From assembly GCF_008831285.2 (NCBI RefSeq), contig NC_045138.2:31992001-32056000 (forward strand): a stretch of DNA of 64,000 nucleotides, written 5' to 3'. The position numbers were made by a program, and so were the translations under genes. A model generated the notes under the pieces. The model worked only from the letters and a program-made list of their open reading frames with translations. It was not told where the DNA came from and made no database searches. The DNA comes from Nymphaea colorata. Lineage: Eukaryota. Shown one piece after another: positions 13,235 to 25,781 of this stretch (its first letter is position 1; every line of letters begins with the position of its first letter).

Positions 13235-13900
13235 CACTACAAAAAAGATAGATTCAGCGACGCGTGAGAAAAAGGAATTTCGGTGAAGCCTACTCTTACC
13301 AATGTCCGGCTTCAAATGTATTAATTTTACCAACGTCTAGAACAACATATTGGTGAAAGTAACCTTTCCTGACCCATGCTGCTAAGATGTCGCTAAAGTT
13401 GCCTTTTATCCACATCCAATGCACCAATGTCTACTAAACATTTTATTTTTACCAATGTCCAAAACAAAACATCGGTGAAAATATATTTTCCCGACGCGTG
13501 CCACTAGGATGTTGTTGAAGTTGGGTTTTTACAGACATTCAGCTTGAAAACATCACTAAGCATGATACTTTTATCGACATACAGAAGTGAACGTCGATAA
13601 AAAAAACCTTTCACCAACGTTTATTTTGTTGACATTGATAAAAAAGAAGTTAGTTTTACCAACATGTAGTCATGCTCACGTCTAGTTTTACCAACATGTA
13701 GTCATGCTCACATCGGTGTAATTGTTTTCAGCGAAGAATTAACGACGTCTGCTCACACGTTGGCATAACCTCACCATTATGACATGTTTGCTTCGGACGT
13801 CGGTAAAGTCGATTTCACCGACATGCGTCAAATGTAGATAAAAGTTACCACACAAATTTTACCGACGTCTCCAATTCATCGGTAAAAGCTTCTCCGACTT
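13235..13900. mobile_element. CACTA (En/Spm) element terminus with subterminal repeat array; other end not found
   Basis: CACTACAAAAAA at 13235, followed by many direct and inverted copies of a TTTTACC(A/G)AC(G/A)T / A(C/T)GTCGGT(A/G)AA motif. Confidence 0.75.
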
Positions 13901-14366
13901 TACAACCTCACCGGAGCCATTCTTCTCCTTTCTTCTTCTTCCATCTTTTCCTTTCTCTTTCATCTTCTTCCTACTAGAGTGTACCCTACTAGAGTCTAAC
14001 GAAGTTTTTGGGCAATTCCAAGTGTTCTTCATCAATTTTTTATGTTTAAATGATAAAAAGGTAATGTTAAGTTTTTCTCTATTTGGGAATAATGGTAGAT
14101 TATGATATTGTTCCATGGTATGTACTTCCAGTTTGTTCGACAAGATTTCAGTAGTATTTGACCGTGAAACTTTCTAATAATATTTGTTGAATTTAGAGCA
14201 TTCGATTTGATATAGTAATTGCATAAAATATCCACACATATACAAAACCCCTAATCTTAGATTAAGCACATTACTTCTTGAACATGGAAACCTTTTTTTT
14301 TTTTGCATGAGATACTGTACTCAATATCATTGCATTTTTTACCTATTTTTTTAAGAATTTTTGCAG

Positions 14367-14645
14367 TTGACAGCAGCTGCCATTTCTTCTGATGTCCCTA
14401 TTCCATTTGTTGATGACTTAGCAGATCAAGTAGCTGAAGTTCTAGATTTTTTCGGGTATATAGAAAATAACTAAGCTCCAGTAGAGTCACTTTTTGAAAT
14501 ATAGATAAATCTATAAAATTCTGATTTTATGTTTTTAGGTTATTAATATATGAAATTTTATTGTAGTCTTGCTTATGAATTGCTTCTTTGGTAATAGGTT
14601 TAGCACAGTTCTATGCATGGTGCCTACATTCTCACCCATTTTGCT
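14367..14645 (+). pseudogene. NDL: Two-exon fragment of an NDL/SF21 (N-MYC downregulated-like, Ndr family) gene; exons 14367-14455 and 14598-14645
   Basis: Translates as LTAAAISSDVPIPFVDDLADQVAEVLDFFG|FSTVLCM..GAYILTHFA, matching the NDL motif DLADQI.EVL.FFGL..VMC.GVTAGAYILTLFA. GT/AG sites are retained; the GVTA codons are removed by a frameshifting deletion. Confidence 0.82.
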
Positions 14646-15227
14646 GTATGTATGCCTTGGGTTGAAGCTTGTTCATACTTCAAAAACCCAGTCTCATTTT
14701 GAGATTGTATTTTTCAACTTTTTTTTGATGAAAAAAGTGTTGTGAAAATGATAAATAAAACCTAATGCATTAGAGTCCCCAACCAGATTATATAAGCAAA
14801 TTTTACATGTTTTACACATATATTAAATATACAATAAAATTTTTATAAATAAATTAGAAATGCAAACAATTTTTAGAAAATTAATTAGCCCGGTATGTGG
14901 ATGTTCGCAAACATGGTTCACCTGGACGAATTAGGTGGCGGAACAGCCGCTGTTTGGATCGAATATCTTGATTAATTGAACCATTTGTTTAACTGATACA
15001 CTGAGCTTAACATGTTCTTGGCCTTTTAACACTGCTCAAGTAAGATTATACAAGGCAAGTTAGTTTTAACATGTATCCAATTCAAATTTTACATCTCCAA
15101 ATACATGCAACAAATTATAATAAAAATACGCATAGATAGGCTAGTAAGGATAAATTGACAGACAAATAGATAGTGGATAATGGCTAATGGGCCTCGGCCG
15201 GCCCGATGGGGCCCTGATTAACATTTT

Positions 15228-15381
15228 TTTTATTTGTTTATTATTTTTATTTAATAATTTATTATTAAAAATATACTTTATATTCAAAAAAATATTTTAT
15301 ATGTTTTTATTTGTTTATTATTTTTATTTAATAATTTATTATTAAAAATATACTTTATATTCAAAAAAATATTTTATATGT
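15228..15381. repeat. ~78-bp AT-rich tandem duplication inside a MITE-like element
   Basis: TTTATTTGTTTATTATTTTTATTTAATAATTTATTATTAAAAATATACTTTATATTCAAAAAAATATTTTATATG occurs twice. Confidence 0.85.
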
Positions 15382-15706
15382 AAAAATATTTTTTATTTTA
15401 ATCGCGTCGAGCCGACCGATGCCCAGGTCTACCAACCATCGACAATAAGAGAAGGTTAGGCCAGTTGGATACATCTCTCCCTGACCTGTGCATGCAGCTT
15501 TGGATCGAGATCCAATCGGACCCATACCTGACAGCTTTTGATAGATCCGGTAGCCCATGTGAGTGATGACCTCACGATGCCAAATCCTGCCTCTTGATTC
15601 CATGAATCTGGATCTCACAGATCAAACGATGGCACGAAACCCGGATCCTGTGGCCAGATCAGGAGAAACAACAGGTTCCTGTGGGCCAAATCTACATATA
15701 TTATAA

Positions 15707-15815
15707 TTAGGTTGTGTTTTATTACCGCGGATCTCAGATCTGTTAGGTTGTGTTTGATTACCGTGGATCTCAGATCTGTTAGGTTGTGTTTGATTACAGC
15801 GAATTTCAGATCTGT
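15707..15815. repeat. 36-bp minisatellite, 3 copies
   Basis: Unit TTAGGTTGTGTTTGATTACCGTGGATCTCAGATCTG with minor variants. Confidence 0.9.
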
Positions 15816-16258
15816 TTTTTTTTCAAGTCAAACCCCTTCCCATCTGATTTATTAAAGTGTGGATTTGAAATCCACGTTAGGGATGAACATCACAAGTGGA
15901 TTTCAGCTGTCATGGATTTGATATTCCGTTGTAAATATACTTGGATTTTGTTCTAGATCCAGTAAAGTCGTTGGAGTTTGAGCTCAATTCCTGACAGGTC
16001 TTTGTCCAAATGGATTCTAAATTTATTTAGATGGTACTGAATGAGCATTGGATCTGGACTCAAATTTAAATATTATAGAGCAAAGTTATGATACTTGAGT
16101 GGCATTATAGGGATGCCAGTTTTTAGTTCTTTTCAATACCTTTTTTTCTACGGTCATACGTATAGAGCGAATATTTTATGACAACAATTTGAAACTTTCA
16201 AAATCCAATACAAAGTGAAAAGATCCACTGTCTTTCGCCTGGTAGGCATGCATCTTGA

Positions 16259-16313
<55 letters not shown>

Positions 16314-16512
16314 GTTTACTTAAAAGATCAAGTTGTGAAAAGAGGTGTGCCGGAAAATAGATCCACTGGTAAAGATGTGAACTGTTGATTAAATTCGGAT
16401 ATATTCATAACTGAATCAGTTTTTAGATTATCTGATTCAGATACCTGGATTCAAACTTGGAAATCAAAACCAAATTTTAAGTAACATGGTTTATTATGCC
16501 GTCAATTAGTAT

Positions 16513-16945
16513 TAGGGGTGAACACGAGCCAAGTCGAGCCCAAGTTCAGCCAGCTTGAGCTCGACTCCACTAATGAAACCTTGAGATCAACTTGGCTCAA
16601 GCTCAAGAATAGCTCGACGGAAGTAACTCGAGGTCAACTTGCCAGTTACGTGTTGAGCTCGAGCTCGACTCTATTAAGGCTCGACAAACTCGTTTGAAAT
16701 AGAATTAATATTCATCGTTATGTGTTAAGTTCGAACTCGACTCGATTAAGGCTCGACAAACTCGTAAATTCGTTTGAATATATCGATTTGATTAAGGCTC
16801 GACAAACTCGTAAATTCGTTTGAATATATCGATTTGATTAAGGCTCGAAAAACTTGATTAAGGCTTGAGCTTGACTCGATGGTTACGTGTTGAGCTCGAA
16901 CTAGTTCACGAGCAGAGTTTTAACAAGTCGAGTTGTTCACCCCTA
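16513..16945. mobile_element. hAT-type MITE rich in GAGCTCGA repeats
   Basis: TIRs TAGGGGTGAACA / TGTTCACCCCTA; TSD ATTAGTAT / ATTAGTAC; internal tandem duplication GATTAAGGCTCGACAAACTCGTAAATTCGTTTGAATATATCGATTT. Confidence 0.88.
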
Positions 16946-17047
16946 ATTAGTACAACAGTCCTACTCATTAGCATAAATGCAAAGTACCCAAGGAAATCAA
17001 ATTGACAACACAGAATGATGTGATTTCTGAAGAAAATCACCTGTAGG

Positions 17048-17311
17048 TAGAGCTAGGCATCGAACCAGGTACCCGACGGGTACTTGGTACTCGGCCAATC
17101 GAGCCTAAAAAAACAGGCCTGGGCTGGCCTCATAACATACCAGGTCGTCCTAATGGAGCCCGATAACATATCGGTTCGGCTCAACTTATTTTTTTTATAT
17201 CATTTTTATTTTTATAATGATATATACAAATAAAAAACCGGGCCTAAGCTCGGGTTTCAGGTGTCAAGTGTCGGGTCGGGCCGGGCCAAGACGGCCCCAT
17301 GGCCTGGCCTA
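17048..17311. mobile_element. Degenerate hAT-type MITE
   Basis: TAG...CTA ends, GGCC/CGGG-rich subtermini, TSD-like CCTGTAGG / CCTGCTGG (6/8). Confidence 0.55.
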
Positions 17312-17738
17312 CCTGCTGGTGGATATGCAACGGCGTGTGATTTAAATCCAAGTTCATAAGCTAAGAAACTGGATACTAACCCTAATTAACTAATAATCAA
17401 AATATTAATTTCTTTCCTAAGTCCAACCTAGCCGTTTGTAACCAGATCCATAATTAAAAATAATCAATCCGTTTACATTCTTAATTACAGGTACGACGAG
17501 TTTTTTTTTTTAATACATTTCCCAAAACTCACCTAAACTCATCAGCTTTGAGGAGACACCTTGAAGAGGCTGAAGTCCCTTTCTCCTGCCCCGCCCCACA
17601 TTCCTGCTTTGAGACCTGGGTGATCTTGCAGTTACTTTCTTCAAAGTACTTTGAGACCCGGTTGATCTTGAAGTTACTCTCTTCAACTCGAGAGTAATGT
17701 CTGCCATTGTTTGCAATGCAGAGGAGTAGTATCTGCAG

Positions 17739-17926
17739 CAGTAGCGTAGCTATATATAGGCTGGTGTGGGCAGTTGCCCACGTTAGGAACAAAATTTTTA
17801 TTTTTTTTACATATTTTTACATAGATTTTTTAAAATTATTTACTTATTTTTATATGTTGTGCCCCTTCAAAAATGAGAATTTTTATAACAGTGCCTAATG
17901 GCAAAAATTGTATGGCTCTGCCACTG
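17739..17926. mobile_element. hAT-type MITE
   Basis: Ends CAGTAGCGTAGC / GCTCTGCCACTG; TSD ATCTGCAG / ATCTACAG (7/8). Confidence 0.78.
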
Positions 17927-20256
17927 ATCTACAGGAATCAAACTAATGTCCGAGCTTTTGCTGGCCTACCAATCTGACCAGCTATGATGCCCCTCCGGGC
18001 GACAACTTGAATTTTGACTTGCATGGTTCGCGTTTACAATGTTTTTTTTTCATATTTGGAATTTTTTTCCCTCTTGTCTCCTTGAAAGGTTGTTCATTTC
18101 TCCAATTGGACAAGAAACGCACATTCAATATATTGAAATTCTTGACTAACTTCAATTTAAGGCACGAATATCTCGTGGATCAGCTTGGATTTTAAATCCT
18201 TTCCAGCAGTCGTGTTTCCCAAGTTTCTCAGGTTTTGGGAAAGTCTCTAAAAGTTTATCTCTTTTCTAAAATGTCATGTTCCCCATTACTAATGTAACAA
18301 GAGTTTTTCAAAAAAAAAAAGAAAAAGAAAATAACGTATCGCCACTCAATTTTAAAATTAGTCAATAATAGCTTCACACTTAAAAGGAATTACCAAAAAC
18401 TTGCTTACTGATAAATAACATTGATTTTGTTCATGTAGAATGACATAATACCTCTTGTGGGGAAAACCACACCTGCCTTGGCCCATGAAAATTTTTTGAA
18501 TGATATTTTTGCTGTTTTATATCGATAAGTTAGTTTTTTTTTTTGTTAGTGGATGGCGCTTTGAAAATTTTATCTCTCAAGTTCGAGAGAACTTATGTTT
18601 ATGTTTATGGCATTCTATCTGCGACATAGAATTATTATTTGACATCAAGTAGTTATAAGATTTCACTAAGTGAAATAACAAAAAACAGGTCATGCCAAAG
18701 TTGACTACTTATTTAGTGACTTTTGAAAGGAGATGAATGATTTTGTTATCTGCATAAATGTTAGTTATTTTTACATAATTTGTTTGTTTTTATTTTATAC
18801 ACCTTTTTGTTGTGTTTAATTTCATGCACTTTTTGTTTTCTCATTTTATTAAAAGCTGGATAATTCTTTCTTAAATGCATTAAAGTTCTTCCTTAAATGC
18901 ATTAAAGTGCTGCGTGAGGGGGATTTGACTCACCTCTAAAAAAGCTGAAGTCTCCACCCAACCCTTCATTTTTTATAATACTCGGCCAAAACTTGTTGCC
19001 TGGAGGTAGCCTCTCATTTGTAGTATAGTGAGTTGACAATTAGAAGATTTGAAATGGTGACTGGTAGTCTACCAGCTCCTACCTCATCCGGTTGTGCTAA
19101 CCTTTTAGTGATATTTTTATCACCAAGATAGTGCCATAACTTATGGGCAAAGGAAATTCACTACATTTCAGCCATGTTGTCTTGATGCACAATGGTCCAT
19201 TGTAAATAGAATATTATGATCGAAAATATGTTTTTAATTGAAAATGAATTGGCTATATTAAAAAAACTGATTATTGTTAACCCACATTTTTCTGTGACTT
19301 GTTTATCATGCCATTGACCCCACTTCCAAGTCATCTTCCCGAATTTTGTCCTCCATTAAAAGAACCATATGAAAGCAAGAAAAAAAAAACTAGTGTACTT
19401 AGAGAATGCTTATTCTTTTTTTTTTTTTTTGACACATGTTTCACATTGAGAGAGCGAGAACAGGGAGGCGAGGGGAGCACAACTACAACCATTGTCGTAA
19501 CTCGAGTGTAACGCCTATAGGAACCGAACCTACTGCATGATGTTCACGTGTTACCAAAAAGAGACGCTCAAGGTGTCGGTCCTGCCTTGCTTCAACTTGC
19601 ACGTCAATAGATTTCTTTTATGATATAGAAAAGAAAGTTAGATGCCTATAATTTAATTTAAAATGAAATTAACATCCTACCAAGCCATGCCTCAGCCATG
19701 GATAACAACTTTTGTATTACTCAACCTCGAACTCGAGACGTGGCAAAAGCCTGGTAACAACCATCCCTTATCTTCAATATATAGAAACTTCATACGGTTA
19801 GAAAAAACAGCCAAAGAGATTATATTGGCAGGCGGGACGATATTGGTCTAATTTGATAATCTGGTAATTTCATATTTATCTTCACTTGCTTAATAATAAT
19901 AATAATAATAAGAGATTATTCATTCACCTATATATTAAATATTATTAATATTATTATTTTTATTGTTGTTGTTGTTGTTAGAAGTAGAAATACAACGCGG
20001 TGAGGGATATAAAGGAAGCAGCAGTGGCTGGCTACTCGGATCCAGCCTTTCACACAACTGGCACCGGGCGGTTAGGAACTTGACTTATGGATCACCACCT
20101 GGTCAACGACGTGTCATCATCACCATCGGCCCTATTTTTGTTCTGTTTCAATTCTCGCCGTTCAAATGGCTCTTCAAGGCCAAGCCCACCCTCACTCCTT
20201 CCATAGCGGCCCTCTCCTCGGCCCCCTTCTCCCCCTCCCTCTCGCTGCGAGTCGGG

Positions 20257-21411
20257 ATGATGAATCTGTGCAGGAGTTTCTGGAGGTTCTCTGAAGGGAA
20301 CGACGATGGCGGTGATGATGGTGGCGGTCGCCGTCGGAAGAGCTTCTCGTTTCATAAAGAGGACGAGGGCGGAAACGGTGTTGTTGACGCAAAGAAGCCG
20401 CCGTCCGGCCTCCACCGGTCTCGGTCTCTTCCATGTCAAGGGTCGAGCTCGGCAGGGCTGAGCCTGATCGCCGCAGCCGCGGAGGTTCAGAAGCCAAGAA
20501 ACGTATTGGAGTCGTCGGCGGTGCGACGGCCGGTCGGAGCGGGTCCTGCATTGGTGCCTGCGTTTCGGCAGAACGATGATTCCGGGTTGGAGCAACACCC
20601 CTGCACAGAAGGGTTGGGGTCCGAGAGCTCGGACGAGACGGGGCCGTCGTCCTCAGGTGAGTCCCGAGACGGGGAGGTGGATTCGGGGGTCGCCTGGAGG
20701 GAGCGCGTCTACCTGGAGAAATGGGCCAGGAGGAAGATGATAGCCAGGCAGAGGGTCCGATCTGAGCTTCCGCCGCCGCTGCCGTGGCTCAGCACCAAGG
20801 GCCGTCCGAGCTTCGTCCTTCACCCAGAGCGCCGCGACGGCCGCATCCTCATGACGGCGGTAAGGCTCGACCAGCACGACGTGTTTCTTGCAACCCGCCA
20901 CAGCGGTCGCCTCACGCTTCAGCTGGTGGGCAGACCCCCTCGACCCTCCTCCACCACCACCAACAACAACCACGATGGTGCTGACGACCTAAAGGAAGAA
21001 AGCGAAGAACTCGATGAACAAGAACAAGAAGACGAAGATCATGGGAGCCCAGAACGACCGGTGCATGTGGCCGCTTTGGACGGCCCAACCGAAGAAAATG
21101 ATGCCAATTGCGAAGCAGCCCAAGAAAAACAAGAAGTTCAGGCAGAAAGGATTCAGAGTTTGGCGAAATGCCTGAATGCCGCCATTACCATCGCTTCGAA
21201 AATCGAAGTCCAAGAATATGAGAAACACGACGGTGGCGGTCTCATTAATGAATACTACACCAAAGAAAGCGAGAAGGAAGACAAGAGCGATTCCGGCGTC
21301 GCCCACCTTCTTCCGGCTATGACTGCCGGAAGCAGCCAGGGTTCGTGCAGGTGCTGCGATTGCGGAGAGCTTGGCGATTTTTGGAACCATCGGTACGTTG
21401 CAGCAACGTAA
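20257..21411 (+). CDS. FAF: FANTASTIC FOUR (FAF) domain protein, intronless, 384 aa
   Basis: First ATG of the long ORF is at 20257. Motifs CTEGLGSESSD, LPPPLPWL...PERRDGRILMTAVRL...FLATRHSGRLTLQL and C-terminal RCC..FW..VAAT are typical of the FAF family. Confidence 0.88.
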   Translation: MMNLCRSFWRFSEGNDDGGDDGGGRRRKSFSFHKEDEGGNGVVDAKKPPSGLHRSRSLPCQGSSSAGLSLIAAAAEVQKPRNVLESSAVRRPVGAGPALVPAFRQNDDSGLEQHPCTEGLGSESSDETGPSSSGESRDGEVDSGVAWRERVYLEKWARRKMIARQRVRSELPPPLPWLSTKGRPSFVLHPERRDGRILMTAVRLDQHDVFLATRHSGRLTLQLVGRPPRPSSTTTNNNHDGADDLKEESEELDEQEQEDEDHGSPERPVHVAALDGPTEENDANCEAAQEKQEVQAERIQSLAKCLNAAITIASKIEVQEYEKHDGGGLINEYYTKESEKEDKSDSGVAHLLPAMTAGSSQGSCRCCDCGELGDFWNHRYVAAT

Positions 21412-22113
21412 GATCAGGCTGGCGGACAAAAAAAAATAAAGCCATTACTTGGAGTTGTCTCATGCAAACGGAGATATATCAAGGTGTCATTATCTTGGGA
21501 TCCTGGCAAAGGTGGTCGGTAGGATCGATCGAGTAAGAAAACGGCGAGCCACAGGAATATTCCGGCAGCAGATCGGTGGAACATCCGGCATCCGCACGAC
21601 TAAGAAACAAAATTAAACAATTGTGGGTATGATGTCAAAGTTGGAAATGATCGAGTGAACAGAGAGATCTTTTCTTTTCTTTATCTTCCTTCTTTTACTC
21701 AATTTTGTTAGGGTGGGGAAACAGGCTGAAGAGTTAGAAAAAAAATGGGGACATAGGAGAAGTTAGTTTGGTAATTGTAGAGCAAGGAGTAAAGCTGGTG
21801 GAGATATGGTTATAGCATTAATTAAAGAAATGAGGAAAGAATATCTTAAAATTATTTAAATTTCATTTTGTGTAATATTTGGTATTTCTTTTTTTTTCTT
21901 TTCAATTTCTCGTATGACAGCATAGGTATTGATTCTGGACAGCCCGAGGTTTTTGACTGTTCTCTATCTCTCTCTCTCTCTCTCTCTCTAAAAAAGTTAA
22001 TTTGTTTGGCATTGGAAACATGCTCACAGATCTGGCAAACACCAACTTCCAACAGTGAAATTGGCTGGCAAGCCTGCGTTGAATGAAAACAAACTTTTCT
22101 CTCTATCTCTCTT

Positions 22114-22160
<47 letters not shown>

Positions 22161-22187
22161 AGAGAGAGAGAGAAGTTTAATATATAA

Positions 22188-22221
<34 letters not shown>

Positions 22222-22954
22222 TGCCGTTTTATACTTAGTATGGGGAGATCCTGCCATACATTGCATTTATTTGAGCTATATACATATGTATATATGCATC
22301 GTGATAAATGATTGGACATTGAGCCTGCATTGATGAATACATGAGTGTATTGGAGTCATCAAAATCGGTCATGTATTTGCTCGCGTTGAGCATATTGTAT
22401 AGAAACTGATACGATGCTAATCATTCATACAAGCGTTGAAAAATAAGCATTTTCTTTTATTGGAAAATCTAAAACAATTTTTGGTAAACAATAAAATTGT
22501 AAATAATTAAATATCACACTACATGGGTTGATGCGTATAAAGTAGCATGTATTCAAGTATTCGTTTATTTTTTTTTGGCATAAGATAATTACATTAAATT
22601 CTTTGCAATGTTTGTTTCTATTTGGCTATATGCATACCTAACTTGTCATGTTTACTATTTATGTACTAATACACGTTGTAATTGTGCAAGATAAAGTTCT
22701 TTGCATTAAACGCGCGTATTGGATTTATGGTTTTCGTGCATTAAAGTTGGTTGTATGGCAATTTATGTGTTGGCTATTTATATGTCTTTATGCATGTTTA
22801 TTTACCAGTTTTATGCATTCAATTAGTTGGTCAATGCATAAAATTTTTGCCAAATATTATGTTTTTTTTTTTTTTACTAAAGCTGGTTGCAACAATATCA
22901 CAATTTTACGTTAGTGTGTGTGTCTGTGTATATATCTAGCAGTTTATTATTGTA

Positions 22955-22985
<31 letters not shown>

Positions 22986-23942
22986 TGGGTTGTTATAAGT
23001 TGAAATATAAAGTCAATTTATACATTTAAGTGCATATCTTTGAATATTTTTAATTTGACTGCTGAATAAAATTTCTCACTTTTGAAAGCACATGTGAACC
23101 TAAAATCTTCTTAAAATATTTAAAGAAAATGAAATGAGGCAAAAAAAAAATCATGTTTGATTCTTAAATTAAATTTGTTAATTAATCCTTTCGTTCGTAT
23201 TTGACCAACTTTCTCTAGCTTTACTAATTTTCTTTCGTTGCTGTTGACACCATCATGTTGATTTTCTCCGATCATTTGGTAGTCATGTTGCTTCTTAGAT
23301 GTTGTGCTGCATCATGTTCATTCATAATAATGGCATTTGGATTTACTCTCATTAGCCAATCCTTTTTCTTCACAAATTTGTGTTTTCAAATGCATTCTCA
23401 TTTTACTATTTTAATTTCATAAAATTGGTCGCAAGGAAATGAAATTTTATGTAAAAGACATGTTATCTGTATTTCATGCATTAATACGAAGTATAAAACT
23501 CATGACATTTTAATGTTTATGCTGAAATATGAAAATTAATCCAGTATAATGTTATTTGAAAAAGTACTGTTTCCATAATTTAAAGTTGACTGCATAATAA
23601 TGCTTTGTCATTCACATACAAACACGTAACTTAATCTATTATATTTTCGTTATTAAATTTTGATTGTTAATATATAAACCATGTTTATGAATTGCATACT
23701 CAATGCATTTTTATAGTTCTTCTTTAGTTATGAGGTCATCTTATGTGCAAAACATAAGGAAACATATGTATGCAATAAGAAATTTAAAGGCATACGTAAG
23801 CTGTTTCATAAACCTATACATAGTGCATGATGAGTTTTCAACAAAACTGTATTGCATTAAAAGGTGTGATTTGGAAGACCTTCTGTTTATACAAACTAAA
23901 AATCTCGGTAGTAATATATATGGATCTTAAATTGTGGATATA

Positions 23943-25053
23943 TTTTTTTTTAGAGAGAGAGAAAGCAATCACAAAACTCGTGCTGTTCTAAAATCAATAT
24001 CTATTTCGTCATAAGAACAAGGAAATTAAACAGAAAAAAATGCCCAATGTTACACGAAAAATTAATGTTAATAATTTCACGATATTCTTTCATCGTTTAT
24101 TTAATAATGCTATAACCAAGCCTCCACCCGCTAGCTTTACTCTTTACTCTACAATCATCAAACTAAACTTCTCCTTTGTGGTAGATCGCAAATTAGTAAG
24201 GAAAAGAAAAGCACTCTCCCAGTTCTCCCAATTATTTCCAACTTTGACATCATACCCACAATTGTTTAATTTTGTTTCTTACTCGTGCCGATGCCGGAGA
24301 TTTCACCCATCTGCTGCCGGAATTTTCCTATCGCTCGCCGCTTTCTTACTCGATTGATCCTACGTCCACTGTTGCCAGAATCGCAAGATAATGACACCTT
24401 GATATATCTCCGTTTGCATGAGACAACTCCAAGTAATGGCTTTATTTTTTTGTCCGCCAGCCTGATCTTACGTTGCTGTAACGTACCGATGGTACAAAAA
24501 ATCGTCCATCTCTCCGCAATCACAGCTCCTCCACGAGCCCTGGCAGCTTCCGGCCGTCATAGCCGGAAGAAGGTGGGCGGCGCCGGAATCGCTCGTCTTC
24601 CTTCTCGCTTTCTTTGGTATAGTATTCATTAGTGAGACCGCCACCGTCGTGTTTCTCGTATTCTTGGACTTCGATTTTCGAAGCGATGGTAATGGCGGCA
24701 TTCAGGCATTTCGCCAAACTCTGAACCCTTTCTGCCTGAACCTCTTGTTTTTCTTAGGCTGCTTCGCAATTGGCATCATTTTCTTCGGTTGGGCCGTCCA
24801 AAGCGGCCACATGCAGCGGTTGTTCCGGGCTCCCACGATCTTCGTCTTCTTGTTCTTGTTCATCGAGTTCTTTGCTTTCTTCCTTTAGGTCGTCGGCATC
24901 ATCGTCGTTGTTGTTGGTGGTGGTGGAGAAGGGTCGAGGGGGTCTGCTCACCAGCTGAAGCGTGAGGCGACCGCTGTGGCGGGTTTCAGGGCTCCCACGA
25001 ACTCCGCCTCCCAGCTGTCGCCGGGGAACGACGCCTGTCTCATCCGAGCTCTC
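23943..25053 (-). pseudogene. Inverted, 5'-truncated, disabled duplicate of the adjacent FAF gene including its 3' flank
   Basis: The reverse complement aligns to 20623-20700 and 20892-21995. Lesions: a ~190-bp deletion of the FAF-domain core, CAA>TAA at 24754-24756, and a 2-bp deletion near 24595. Confidence 0.93.
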
Positions 25054-25520
25054 CACCTGAAATCGCCGCTCTGCCGTACAAAGCGGCGCGGGAAGGGCGT
25101 AGCCAAGGTAAGTTTTGAAAGGCACTAAAATTTTTAAGAATATTTGGATGTTATAAATTTAAAAAAACAGCAACCGCCTCCAGAGCATAGCCTAGTTAGT
25201 TGAGCTAAGACAGATCTCTAGTTCACGTTATGTTCATGTGTCTTAAGGCGGTAGGGCGCGGTATTTAAGTTGAGGGGTGCACCGTTGCTATCGCTGACAC
25301 CGACGCAATTTAGAACCCCAAAAGCAGGAGGAATGGGAGGCCTTCGAGCTTTTTTTGGGTGGTGGGATTAATACCTTTGCTCATCCGAAAAAAAACTGCC
25401 ATTGGACATGATCCATTTTCCGGTAAAAGAACTTCCAAACCTTTATTATAACAAACAACAAAATAATACTTGATCTGTTTTACTTTTTTACCAACGAAGA
25501 GTGTTATTTTAGCTCCCAAC

Positions 25521-25781
<261 letters not shown>

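Noticed and set aside
15707..15815. 36-bp repeats resembling a CRISPR array
   Set aside because: Head-to-tail with no unique spacers, in eukaryotic DNA.
19963..20256. 98-codon N-terminal extension of the FAF ORF
   Set aside because: Begins at TTG in a GTT repeat next to a TATA-like region; most likely promoter/5' UTR.
21996..23942. Spacer of the FAF inverted repeat as a Helitron or other TE
   Set aside because: No clear termini, terminal hairpin or TSD recognised.
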